Shown here one piece after another: positions 27,763-40,975 of a stretch of DNA of 64,000 bases. The DNA is taken from the NCBI RefSeq assembly GCF_009914755.1, contig NC_060929.1. One strand, 5' to 3'. Made by a program: the position numbers and the translations under genes. Each line of letters begins with the position of its first letter. Within the stretch, counting starts at the first letter, position 1. The notes beneath the pieces are model-generated. The model was not told where the DNA came from. It searched no databases and was given only the letters and a program-made list of their open reading frames with translations. This DNA comes from the human T2T-CHM13v2.0 reference genome, Homo sapiens.

Positions 27763-29869
27763 GAGATGTTCTGAAACTCAGGGAAACTCAGAATAGGGAA
27801 AGATTGTCCAATATAGTCCTAAAGAGTCAAGATCAACCCTTGGAGTCATTGACTATTAATGACAGTCATCATCCCTACTTCTTCTCCCTGAGAGGCCATC
27901 AAACTCTCAAAATAGCCAAGCTTGGCTTCTGACCAGCTGACAGAACTAAGGCCCCAGAGACTTCTCTATTATTATGTGAGGGTTCACTGGAAGTTGCCAA
28001 GTTAACCAAGCTAATTTCTAAATTTCTAGTCAGGATGACAAAGGCAACTGAAACATCTGGCCCAATCATAAGTATGGCCCATATTAGCCATACTTGGGCT
28101 TCCCAGAGGATCACTTTAAAATTTTTAGGTATATTACAACTACATGAAACACCCTCAAGATTAGCCCCAGAACTTGTGCATCCCACCTCTGGCTTGAGCT
28201 CCCCAGGAACTCCCACACATCTAACATCCTGCAGTTGCACAATACTGCTGTTGGAGCTTTTGGCTAAGTGGTCTTTCCTGAATGTCCTTTCCATTATGTC
28301 TCCATAGTTATACACCAGGTTACAAAGGAGAAGTTCCAGAACTCCGCTTCATACTCAAACCTTGGTTCTCCACCCTGTAAGTATAATCCTGAATCCTGAC
28401 TTCTAGCTCCAGGGGTACCCACAACACTAGTATATCCCTTCTGTTTCATTCATTGTCTATAAGGCATTGACAAGGCAACTTGGTATAAAACACAACCCAA
28501 GAGATATAGATAGTAGTTCCAGAAGTGTCACTGACTAGGCAATTCATTGAAATGTATGTGCTCCAGTCTCCTCATCTCTGGGATGAGCAGTCTGAATGAT
28601 TACGAGGCTTCTTGCCAGCTCCAGCTGTCCAGGTTTTCCGCTCCAATGTTTTGCTGCCATTTAAAGTGAGAAATAGCTTATTCCCTAATTATTCCTTTTC
28701 TTTTCTTCCCTATAGTGGCTGGTATTTCCACTTTGTTCCCTAATGTCTTAACCTTGGAGACATCTTTGATTTTGTTTTTGTTTTGTCTGGATAACTAGCC
28801 TAACAATGCCAAGTTCTAACATATCCCTCTACCTCCATTGTTTCAGCCTCCATCCATGTCGTTTTTACTTGTATACAAACTTCTCCAATTTTCTTGCTAA
28901 TTTAGCCCTCTTACCTTTTTTCTTCCCAACACTTTATACAGTTATACAACAACAATCAACTCCTTCATGTGTTATTTGATGTTTTCCTTCTGATGAGAGG
29001 CTCCCAAGTACCTCTTGCATTGGTTAAACTTTTAATAAAGGGTTTCAACCAGTATCCTAAGCATATTCATCTCAGGCTACCTGTGGTCTCATGACATTTT
29101 AAATTTGTAGAGAGAACACAATAGTAAGGAACTCTTGAAATAATATTTGTGGTTTCTTTCAGACCCCTAAACTTAGAAAAGGTTATAGAAAGTTAGTTGC
29201 TGCTTATTAACATCTAATAGCTTGCGTTATTCCCATAGGGAGAAACAAAAAAAATTAGCAATTGCAATTTGACAGTGACATAAACACCTGTCTGGCTAAC
29301 GAATTCGTTGCCAAGTGCATGTTCCAAAAGAGAAAGCAATGTCACCTTTAACATAAGTGGCTTTTCTTAGAATGCCGGAGTTACACCAAGGGAAAGTAAA
29401 ATCTGTGAATAACAAAATAAAAATTATTGGAGTTATGTCTCTGTGAACATTAAAATGGGAGTACTATGTCATTTGAGTTCACTATACTGCATTTCCCATC
29501 TTTTTCATGAACAATCATGGTGCCAACCCCCATTAAATTTTCACAAGAAACTTCAGATTCATTAATTCATGTAATTTTGTAAAAGCAAAATAAAATGCTC
29601 TTTTTTCTAATCCTAGGAGAAAAACTACCCAAATTATACAAAAGTAAATTCTCAAAACTAAAATTGCCAGGCTCTCAAAGTTGCTAAATATAACCACTAA
29701 GAAAACAGACTTCCCAAAAGCCGATATATGCCAAGTGTCTTGTAGGTTGAGACTCTTCCGTGCTATAACACATGATGAATCACAGGAAACATTTTAAAAT
29801 GCAATATTCAACCGAAACCCCACTCTTTATTAATTGGAGTTCTGGAATTAGGACACAATATCCTTGGTT

Positions 29870-31081
29870 TATTTTTTTCCAGTTGTATTGAAGTATAATT
29901 GACAAATAAAAATTGTATACATACATTTTTAAACTGTATATATTTAAGGTATACAATGTGATATTTTGATATATATTATATATGTACTTTATAAAATAAT
30001 TACCCCTATCGAGCTAATTAAGATATCTAGCACCTCACAGAGTTACCATGTTTTCTGTGGAGAGAATGAGAGCATTTAATGTCTACTCCTTTTGCAAATG
30101 TCAAATATACAATGTAGTATCATTAACTATAGTCACCACACTATACATTAGACCTCCAGAACTTATTCATCTTATTCAACTGAAACATGATATCTTTTGG
30201 CCAACATTTCCCCATTTCCCCCAGTCCTCAGGCCCTGGTAGCCACCATTCTACTTTCTGCTTCTATGAGTTTAACGTTTCTAGATTCCTCATGTAAGAAT
30301 TTAATGTTTCTGCGTCTGGCTTATTTCACTTAGCATAATGTCCTTTGGTTCATCCACGTTGTAGCATCTGTCAGAATTCCCTTGCTTTTTAAGGAAGAAT
30401 AATATTCCATAGTATGTCAGTGGGTGTGTGTATCTCACATTTTCTTTACACATTTGTCCATCAATGGAAACTTAACTTGACTCCATATCTTAGCTATTGT
30501 GAATAATGCTGCAGTGAACATGGGAATGCAGATACCTCTTAGAGATACCAATTTCCCTTGGGATGTATACCCTTGGGATATATACCCATAAGTGGGATTG
30601 ATGAATTATATGACAGTTCTATTTTTAACTTTTTTGAAACCTCCATGCTGTTTTCCGTAACAGCTATACCAATTCACATCCCCACCAACAGTGTACAAGG
30701 ATTCCCTTTTCTTTACATCCTCCCCCAAATATTTATCTTTTGTCTTTTTAATAATGACCATTGTAACAGGTATAAGGTGATATTTCACTGTGGTTTTAAT
30801 TTGCTGACTAGTGATGTTTAACATTAATTATATAAGATCATGCCATCTGAAAACAGACAGTTTTATTTCTTCTTTTTTAATTTAGATGCATTTTTGCTAC
30901 TTTTCTTGCCTAATTGCCAAATTTCTGTGGCTAGGATTTCCAGCATTATATCAAATAGTAGTAGCAAGAGGAGGCACCCTCGTTTTGTTTTTGATCTTAG
31001 ATGAAAAGCTTTCCCACCAATGGTGACATTTAGTGTGATGTTAGCTGTGGGCTTGTCATATATGGCCTTTATTACATTGAG
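29870..31081 (-). mobile_element. L1MA8/9-like fragment with an internal discontinuity near 30820
   Basis: gtattgaagtataattgacaaataaaaattgtat 3' end; ORF KTTVKYHLIPVTMVIIKK; abrupt jump to upstream RT text (tataagatcatgccatctg). Confidence 0.8.
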
Positions 31082-32133
31082 GCCCTATTCTCAGAGTTCC
31101 ACTAGGCACTGCCCTAGTAGAGGCAATCTGCAATGGCTCCACCCTGCACCAGACCTCTGCCTGGGCACCCAGGCTTTCTGATACATTCTCTAAAATACTA
31201 GGTGAAAGCTGCCAAACTTCCATTACTCTTGCATTCTAAGAGCCTGCGGACTTAACAGCATGTGGAAGTTTGTAATACCTATGGCTTGTGCCCTCCAAAG
31301 TGGTGGCCAGAAAAGTACCTGTGAACCATTGAGCTGTGTCTGGAGGCAGAGCAGTGAGGATAAAAGAAGCGGCATCTTGAGTTGGCACAGGATAGCAGCA
31401 CCTCGGCCTGTCCCCTGAAACCATTCTATTTTCTCAGGTCTCTGGGCCTGTGATGGGACAGGCAGCATTAAATATTTCTAAAATGGCTTCAGGGCCTTAT
31501 CACTGTTGTCTTGACTATTAGCACCTGGCTCCCCTTTGCCATGCTAATCTCCCTAGCAAGTGGTTGCTCCAAGCACCCTTGTATTTCTCTCTCAAAAATG
31601 CTCTTCCTTTGTCTACCACATGGTCAGGCTGCAAATTTTCCAAATTTTTATGCTCTGCTTCCTTTTTAATTAAAAAGCCCACCTTTAGGTAATTCCCTTG
31701 CTGTCATATCTGATCATAAGCTATTAAAAGCAGTCATGTCAGGTCTTGAAAGCTATGCTGCTGCGAAATATCTTCTGGCAGATACCCTACATCATCACTC
31801 TTAAGTTCAGCCTTCCACAAAGCCCTAGGGCATGGGCATAATGCAGACAAGTCTTGTTAGAGCATAACAAGGGTGACTTTTGCTCCAGTTCCCGATAACT
31901 TCCTCACTTTTATATGAGACCTTGTCAGCATGGCCTTCACCGTCTACATTTTTATCAGCATTTTAATCATAACCACTTAACCAATATATAATAAATTTTA
32001 AACTTTTCCTCATCTTCCTGTCTTCCTCTGAACCCTCTAAATTCTCCCTCTGCTCATTACCCCCAGTTCCAAAGCCACTTCCACATTTTCAGGTATTTTT
32101 ATAACAACAATCAACTCCTTGGTGCCAATTTTT
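31082..32133 (-). mobile_element. MST-int MaLR internal sequence (5' part)
   Basis: ttccactaggcactgccctagt; ggtcaggctgcaaattttccaaa; ttccaaagccacttccacattttcaggtat leading into the LTR. Confidence 0.85.
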
Positions 32134-32554
32134 TGTCTTAGTTCACTCAGTGTAGCTTTAAAGGAATACCGGAGACTGGGTAATTTATAAGGAAAACAGT
32201 TTATTTGGCTCACAGTTCTGCAGGCTGTACAATGTGCAAAGTGCCAGCATCTGCTTCTGGTCAGGGCCTCAGTTTGCTTCCACTCATAGCAGAAGGTGAA
32301 ATGGAGTTGGCATGTGCAGAGATCACATAGCAAGAGAGGAAGCAACTTGGGGGAGGTGGCAGGCTCCTTTTAACAACCAGCTCTCTCATGGGAACTGACA
32401 GAGCAAGCACTCACTCATTACCACAAGGACAGCACCAAGACATTCATGATGGGTCCACCACCATGACCCGTACACCTCCCACTCGGCTCCACCTCCAACA
32501 TGGAAATCAAATTTCAACATGAGGTTTGAGGGGACAAACATCCAAACTATAGCA
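32134..32554 (-). mobile_element. MSTB/MSTC-like 5' LTR
   Basis: tgtcttagttc ... gggacaaacatccaaactatagca termini; gagactgggtaatttataag. Confidence 0.88.
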
Positions 32555-32994
32555 GTCAAAAACTACTAGGTTAGAATAAAGAGCAACTCCAGTGCTTCCA
32601 CCCTCTTCAATTACCAAAACCTAATGTGTGAACGAAACTTAATTGGTTCTATATTTGTCTTAGAGAAGGACCTAGGAATTAGGGCAGAGAGTTTATGTGT
32701 GCAGTATCCTTCTGCTTTCTACTTTCCCTTACCATAATCTTTCCCAAATACACATAGATGAATAGTCATGTACAGGCACACACAAAGTATGATTTAAGAA
32801 AATAATGATTGTCTGCCCTTCTCCCTCTTCCAAACTTTCTATGTGGAAAAATCTGCAGATATAGGTAGCTGCTGGAGGTTTCAATCAGAACCTTGACTCT
32901 TACCAAATAACTGAATTCTGAATGACCTTTGGCCATGTAAAAACAGCCTTCATGTTAGATTCAACTCTGAAAGGAATGCTATGTAACAGTAGAG

Positions 32995-33220
32995 ACTATA
33001 TATAGACTCTCTGTCTCTCTCTCTATCAATCTATCTATCTATCTATATATATATATATAGATAGATATCTATATATATATATAAAAAACAGTAGGGTCTA
33101 TGTATAGGCTCACTCTGTATATAGGGTCTCTACTGTTATATATAATATATAATGTTATATATAACATACATGAATATATGATATAAATATATTGATATGT
33201 ATTTACATTATATGTATATA
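32995..33220. repeat. Compound (CT)n/(TCTA)n/(TA)n microsatellite and AT-rich low complexity
   Basis: Directly visible. Confidence 0.9.
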
Positions 33221-34571
33221 TTCCTTCTGAAAATAAAACCTCTGTAGGTAAAGCCAAAATGGTACCACTCAAATGCCAGATTCTGCCCTCTAGAAGCCTA
33301 TTTTAGAGCAAAGCTTCAGAAATTTGAGATGTCTGACCTCCCTCTAGGTTGTTGCATTTTGAAGAGCTGCTATTTTCCCAAACGTGCAGATGGACAAGCC
33401 ATTATAATGTTGTGGCATATTTATACAGATGGAATTACTGATAATCTCTGGAGAAGATTTCAATTTCTTTTCACTTTGTAAAAATGTTATGACCTAACTC
33501 TAAATGTTCCTCTGCTCAGTAAGCAGCACCTCACCTTCATACTCCCTGTGAATGTGTTATTAATGGGAAAGAACAGAACCACTGAAAGATTTCTCTAATC
33601 ATCCAGCCTAATTACAAGAGGAGTAAATTACTAAATGTTGTGCCTTAAATATAATAGAAAGAATAATTTAGTAACCCAACAGGAAGCTGCTCTCTCAGTC
33701 AGATAATAACATATTATGTTAGGTCCAGGAAATGTACCTCAGTGTTTATTATCATCACAATCACATTATTTATTATTTATAAATCATGTTACTTACTGGT
33801 GGGGAGTTGCACAGGACACACACACTGTTCAAGTGCATGTATGGTCATTACTTAGGTAGTACTGGCCAAAGAAACATGGGACTTAAGAAAAATGACTATT
33901 GAATTCAGTCAGTCCAGGTATGTTTGTCATTTTCAAAATTAGGATGCTGTTCAGAACCCAAAAATCCTTTTCAAACAAGACTGACTTCTCCCCTTCAGAA
34001 ATTCAAAAGTAAAGTTTTGTGGCTTCACATTCCCTATTACTTCCAAACAAAGCCCTGCTATTTACACAATGCTGATCAATGGCCCCTTCCATACCCTGTG
34101 CTCAATTCCCTTCCTAAGCAATCCCCTTCCCCAATTATGATAGTACTCTCGTGCACACTGTTTCTGTCTCCTCAAAGCATCAGCAGCTATCAAAACTACC
34201 TCCCACCAAGGGGAGAGAGTTAGGCTCAACTGACTGGTGGCTGAAGTTAATGAGGTTAAGGCCAAAAGTCCCATTTGAACCCATTAGCTTTTCTATATGC
34301 CGTGTTAAGTGACTACTCTTGAGTCCAGCCACCTACTTAGCAAACCCATGAAAATGATCATAGGTGGGTTGGGTGAAAAGGTAAAGTTCTCTCAGAGCCA
34401 ATCCATATCCCCTCTTCATCTAAGGCAGTGTTAAAAGTATTAGAGATGATTCCAAAGAGGAAACTTCCTCTGCTTTATAACTCCGTCCTCGAATACCAGC
34501 AAATAATATTTAAGGGAGTCATATTATCCGCAAAGCTCAGCCTCTGTCTTCTCCAAGTCCCGGTATGGGCA

Positions 34572-34985
<414 letters not shown>

Positions 34986-36731
34986 TAGGGGTTTGAACTA
35001 TTACTAGTAGCCCCAGCAAGATAGCTGGTATTTGTTTTGTCTGCCAAGTGGACCCCACTCCCCCAATGCCAGCCTAATCTCAGTAGGGCCAAGCCAAAGC
35101 TTGTATGTGGCCCCTAAGCCAAGTGCTGCTTTAGTGTCTGGATTCCAGAAGGCCACGGGCATCAGCTGTCTTTTTTGTGCAGCCTGCTGCCCTAATACCC
35201 AAGTCCAACCCAGGACCCAGTACTTTTGATTGGGTTTAGATACTCTGCCTCTGTATTGTCTTCCAGAATCCTCTTCTAGGATAAAATCCCACCTTCCAAA
35301 CTGAAGACAGGGTGATCCCCCTGCGAGGGACAGCAATCACAGCCAGCCTAGTCAGCAGATTTTCAAGGATTTCCCTATATTCCTCACTGCTATGCCCATT
35401 CCCCATTGAGGATCTGGTATTGATGGTTTCCAGATTCTGTAACTGGTTTCTCCTTCCCCTCTTTCTCCTGTACACCCTCTCAAGTCTTGAGTTGTCAAAG
35501 ATCCAGTATGCCTTGCACCTGAACTAGGACATAGGGGCTAATACTTTATTATCAACTTTATTTTCCAAGTTGCAGAAACAGAGAGCAGTTGAATAAGCAC
35601 ATGTTTTAAAATGGTAATGAGGGGATGTTTGAAAGAAAAGTATATGGGAACAGTTGGCAGAGTATTTCTTTCCATGAGGGTAAACCGTTTTCATCCTGAT
35701 GCATGATTTTAATTTCTAATCCACCCCACTTTTCTGTACTGTGTGTTCTAGGGCCTAATTATTTCTTTTCAAGTTACCTTAAAGCAAATGGCACTGTGAA
35801 CCACTTAACTTAGAGCTGATGAAACACATATGCATGAGAAACCTTCCTTGGGGGATATAGGGTGAAAAGCAGTCCTGACAACTCCTGATTGGTTAAACGG
35901 AAATCAAGATCTATGAAATGATGTTCTGCCACCCTGAGCCTGGGTCATGCCATGACCCTACAGCTGATTGGAACTCACCTCTTGCCACAGATTCTCTGTG
36001 CATCTTCTTTACATTTCTTCAGCCTGGACCTTTCCCTCTGTTCTCATTGGGACCACTGGGTAAGTCAGCAAATGTTTCATTTCCCACTTTCCATTCCGGA
36101 TGCAGGCAAGATAACCAAACACTTGTTATATAGCACTCCTTCAGTAAGCCCTGAATTTGCGTACTTCTTGTGCCTTGGAGATGGTTATAAGGGGCTTTTT
36201 GTCCCAAAGAATAACTTTTGGTCTCAGCATGCTTTGCCTACGGTATGCCAGAGCTAATCCAGATTTCTTTCAGGAAAAAAATTTAATAGATAATCAATAA
36301 AGATAATTTTTCACAGGCAAGAAAAAATGGCTCTATTCATGACCAAATAATAACCACTCCACTTTTGCATGACACTTTAACACCATAAAAACACTTTGGC
36401 AGATATTGTTTTCTCATTTTGCTTTTACCAAACCTCAACAACTGGATCAATATGGCGCCATCTACTCAACAGATAAGGAAACTGAGTCACAGGAATGGTA
36501 AACAGTTTGATCATGTTCACACAGCTGATGAATGGTAGAGCCGTGTATAGAAACCAGGTCTCCACTCAAGGAGAGAAAGAGAGAAGTCTCAGAAGCAAAA
36601 CATAAGACATCAAAGAAGCAAAGTTGACGCTTACATGGACATTTGAAGGTAGCCCCAGGCAGGGATGCTGGGAGGTCTAGTGAGGCCTCAGCATATAGAT
36701 ATACATACTTGTATTTTAATGGTCTGGTTGC

Positions 36732-36734
<3 letters not shown>

Positions 36735-36778
<44 letters not shown>
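36735..36778. repeat. (AC)22 microsatellite
   Basis: Perfect dinucleotide run. Confidence 0.97.
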
Positions 36779-36780
<2 letters not shown>

Positions 36781-37079
36781 TTTAATACACTTACAAAATA
36801 CAAATGAACCTAAAACCTCATTGGATCAGAAATTCGAAGGGTACATGAAAGTTGAAAGTGACATAGGCAAGTTGCCCACCTCCCCACTCTATCACCATGC
36901 CTCTCCTCCTGCTTCTTGACCAGCCCTGACCTTGGGAATTTCCTTAAGCCATCTTCATTAAGGGTAATACAATAGGTTCTATCCACTCTCTCTTTTAAAA
37001 GGTGGTCAATTTTAGTCTTTCCCATTAGTGAAAGAAGGAGAGCTACTTTACCTTAATCATTAGCTTCACTGCCAAAGGA

Positions 37080-39110
37080 GAGCAGGCACATGGGGTCTAC
37101 AGGGCCTTGTGCAGACTCTGAGCTCAGGCAGGATCATCAATCATGGAGCTGCCTGGCCTGGGATGCTCCCTCACTGGGACATGTGACTTGGGCACAGCTG
37201 GACCCTTCGAAACTGGCTGGGCACTGCTGGGCCCGAGCCCGGAGATGCCCGCCCACCCACAGGCTCCTGGCCGGCCCTTGCAACTGTTTCATTTACTGCT
37301 TGGGACAATTCTCCACAGGGCTCAGGAAAGCGCATGCTGCTGCCACACTCGGCTCCGCTTCCCCTTCCAAACCCTAATGAGGTGAGATAATGGATGCAGG
37401 AAAGTGTGCAAATGCAAATCAATATGGAACATATGCTCCAGGTTCCTCTGTTACCTCAGAGCCAGGCAGAGAGAGAAGAGGAAAGACTTTGAAAATATTT
37501 TGAGACCAGGACTTTTTACTCTGCCCTAAAGAATACCAAAAACTGTGAAACTGTAGCTTCCTTGCTCTTTTGCAGCCCTGGACCAGGAGACAAATTGCTA
37601 ATTTTGATGGTGTCTCAGGAATGGCTTTACTGCTCACCTGTCTTTATACTACAACACAAAATTAAATCATCCAGGAAGAATGAGGAACAAATATTTGGCA
37701 CCAATTCTCCTATTTCACTTCTGCGAAAGTCTCAGTATCCCTTTGAGCATGGAGACGGAGGCCTTGAACTGAAGAGGAGAGCCGGCCATAGGCCTCTGGA
37801 TCTCCCCAGCCAGGCCTCCTGCCCCCTGCATTTTGACTCAAGTAGCCCAGGCAAAAGGCCAGGCAGAGCTGGGCCTTCTGCCCGAGCCATTGCGTCAGTG
37901 GGCTCAGCAGGCCACACTGCTGGCCAAGGAGGTCTCCGCTTTCCGGAGTCCAGGGGATGGAGAAGCTGGCATGGCCCTCTCCGCACTAGCCAAATATCCT
38001 GCAGGGGGAGCTTTTGACCGGACCTTTCAGGGCTTACATCAGATGCTGAACAAGCAAGGGAAAGGAAGCTAGCATTTGTCTGGGCTGCCTGCTCTGTGCC
38101 CCATCCTCTGCATCCCAGTATGGTCAGTGTTCTCATCTCTGTTGACAACATGAGGAAACAGCAAGACTCCAGGTATTCAAGTAAACAGTGGAGACGGAAA
38201 GAAAACCCAGGTCTGCCAGTCTCCAAACATGTACTCTTTCTGCTTTACAAGAAGGCATTTCCTTTGTTTCCTATACCCTGCTTATGGTCATGACATATGT
38301 CAACTGAGCACTCAAGAACCAGAAGTCCCCAAAATCATTAGTCAACAAGGATGAATCAGTTCCCTGCAAAGGCCCATCTTTTCTCCTCACAGACCTCATA
38401 TGTTTTGATAACGGATCACAGGCCCTCTGTCATTCCATCTATAGGCCCTTACCTTAACCCAAATCACTCTTTAGCAAGAACAGAAATGACAACAGTGACA
38501 AGACTGACCTCACAAGTATCAAAGCCTTTCAACATGTAGCAAACTCCTATTTATCCAGAACTCTCAGAAAAGGAGTAGAGGGTGCTGTGCAGACCAGCTG
38601 ATTTCGTAGACAGCCTTCAAGCCCTAATACCTCTTACTGGCTGTCTGACCTTAACCAAGTTACTTTCCTAGAGGAGCTGGAGAACCTAGAGGACTTGGCT
38701 TCACATCCTTCATGACAATGGGATAATAGTGACTGTCCTAAAGGGTTGTCAGGAGGATTAACAAAATATGAGCCGGACCCTGAAGATAGACCATCTCAGC
38801 TCCTGCCCCTTATCCACTGCCTGGTAGTCATACAACCTTGGGCACAACACTTAACCACTCTGTGCCTCAGTTTCCTCAACTATAAGATGGCTTAGAACAG
38901 TGCTGGTTCAGGGTAGTGCTGTGAATTGAAATTAAAATAAGTAAATGATGGACATGAAGTGCTTAGTGGTACATAGGAAGTACTCTACAATGGCAACCAT
39001 ATTCATGAGTCACTTGCAAAGATTTCAAATATCTTATCTTTAACTCTCCACATAGCCACTCTTCTCATTTTTAATCAAGACATCTGCCTTTAGGATGGTG
39101 AGTCAACAGG
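37080..39110. promoter_or_regulatory. Candidate enhancer/promoter-like region
   Basis: GC/CpG-richer unique sequence; GC-box-like gcccgccc (~37247); AP-1 TGASTCA at 37834, 39006, 39099; ATTGCGTCA at 37889. Confidence 0.4.
38600..39000 (+). mobile_element. Two MIR fragments
   Basis: ctcttactggctgtctgacctt; cttaaccactctgtgcctcagtttcctcaactataagatgg. Confidence 0.65.
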
Positions 39111-40975
39111 CATTTCTCCATCATGCCATGTGCCTAGACACTACGATGATGGAGGATCTCTGGTTCCCTGTGCCGCACCTTTGGGTCTGATACTGAATTA
39201 GCAGGTCTTGCTTTCCCACAAGCTGCAGATTAAGTCAGGGACCCTGTCCTGGGGCAACCATCTCTCTGGACTGATATATGGGGAAGATTCCAGCAATAAA
39301 AGCAGGCAAACACTCTAGATACCCAAGAGGGTGTCCACTGTGTGCCCACTGGCTCTGAACACAGTCCATTGGCTGTGCTTAAAGCAAAGTTGATGCCCCC
39401 TCAAGGAGAAGCTAACTGAACCCCTAACAACTTTAATGACTTGTAAAATTCTCGGAGATAATGCCTCCACACAAACATGTTTATTTTGCTAAGAATTCAC
39501 AATGCATGAATAGGTCATGATCTTGCAGTTTGAGTTTCTGGATAAGAAATGATTAGGGATAGAGGCCATGGCTCACCCAAAACATTCCAGTGCTAAAGGT
39601 CAGCCAGCGTGTCTGCAAACAAGGTTTAGAAGAGATTTGCCCCTAACATTTCTGGGACCCCAGACAAGAGTACAGATGGAATCCCACTGTGAAATAAAAA
39701 CGTTCTGTCCTCCTACCCTGACAAAATGAGGTCGTAAACTAGAGAAGGGCAGATTCATGTGTAGAATTTATAGACTCCTCAGAGTTTTGTGCGAGCATAA
39801 GGTGGCACGAGGAGAGCTACTCTGTGACCCTTGGTTCATCTGTAGCACCAGGGACCTCATGGGTCTGAGCATGGACACCACAGACCATGTGTCCGGCTCC
39901 ATCCACACTCCCTTCAGATAGCCACCCCTCAGACTTAGAGGCCACACTTTAGTGCCTGGACCATCCTCAAAGGATGGACCCCGCCTTGATACAGGATGGG
40001 GGTTGTTTATGTAGAGAATTCCAGGAACCCTGAACCCAGAGTATGGTCTAGAAGTGGGCAGTGTGAGCTGGAGTGAGGGAGAATACTCTCAGCCCTGCAG
40101 ACCCTTTGCTGTGATGAGGATATGCGGCTGCCAGAAGCTAGATTGGGTGTTTCTCAGGTGCAAGACCCCTTTTGCCCAGGACTGTGCCTAAGACTTCAAT
40201 CATTGTCACTTTAAATGTTCAGTGGATCTGGGTGAAGAGTAGACTGCACAATCATACTGTCTACCAGAAACCTACCTCGCTGTCTTCTATACCACTTCCT
40301 CAGACCCTGAGCTTTTCTGCAATAACCGCAATACTTCATTACTTGAAATTCAGCATCACGGGTCCTTGACAGATTTTTGTTGGCTGAGTCTTCTTCTGTC
40401 TCTGACACTGATATCACCTGAAGGGAAGACATTTCAAGGAATGCTATGTCCCCCACCGTCACATCTCTCCCAGCAGGATATTGTTGCAGAAGGTCATATC
40501 TCTATCCTGTTTCCTGTGGTCACTTGGGCTGATAAACAGGACCCTGGACTTCTGTCCCCAGGTTAGAAACTCACCCGCTCTAATTAGCATAAGTTGCCCA
40601 TTTTTTATTGCTATTGCTCCTTTCTTTGTTTTTTCTATTGTACTTTTCCAAAAAGATAAGTTATTGGAATCCATACTGAAGGTTTTAAAATTTAGAATAA
40701 TAAAGTAAATCACTTTTTTTGGTAAGTTACACCATGCAATATATCATTCAAGCTTAGAATCTCCATTGATGGCAAGTGCATTTACAGGTCATAAAAACAC
40801 TCAACAGAGACACTTCTAGGAAGGAGTTGTTTGTTTTCTGTCTGAAAATACTTTCTTCTGCACAAGAAACAATATCACTTCGATTTTGACAACTTATTCC
40901 ACTGGTGTTTAATACCTCACCTCTTTAGTATATACCTCAGTTTCCCCATCAGAACAATGAGGTAATGAACTAGAG

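Noticed and set aside
28948-32120. 18-bp match aacaacaatcaactcctt at 28948-28965 and 32103-32120
   Set aside because: Short and low-complexity; could be chance, so not counted as a doublet.
37562-38226. Overlapping ORFs of 79-164 aa on both strands
   Set aside because: No recognisable domain and mostly non-ATG starts; open frames are expected in a GC-rich patch. A regulatory explanation is more plausible.
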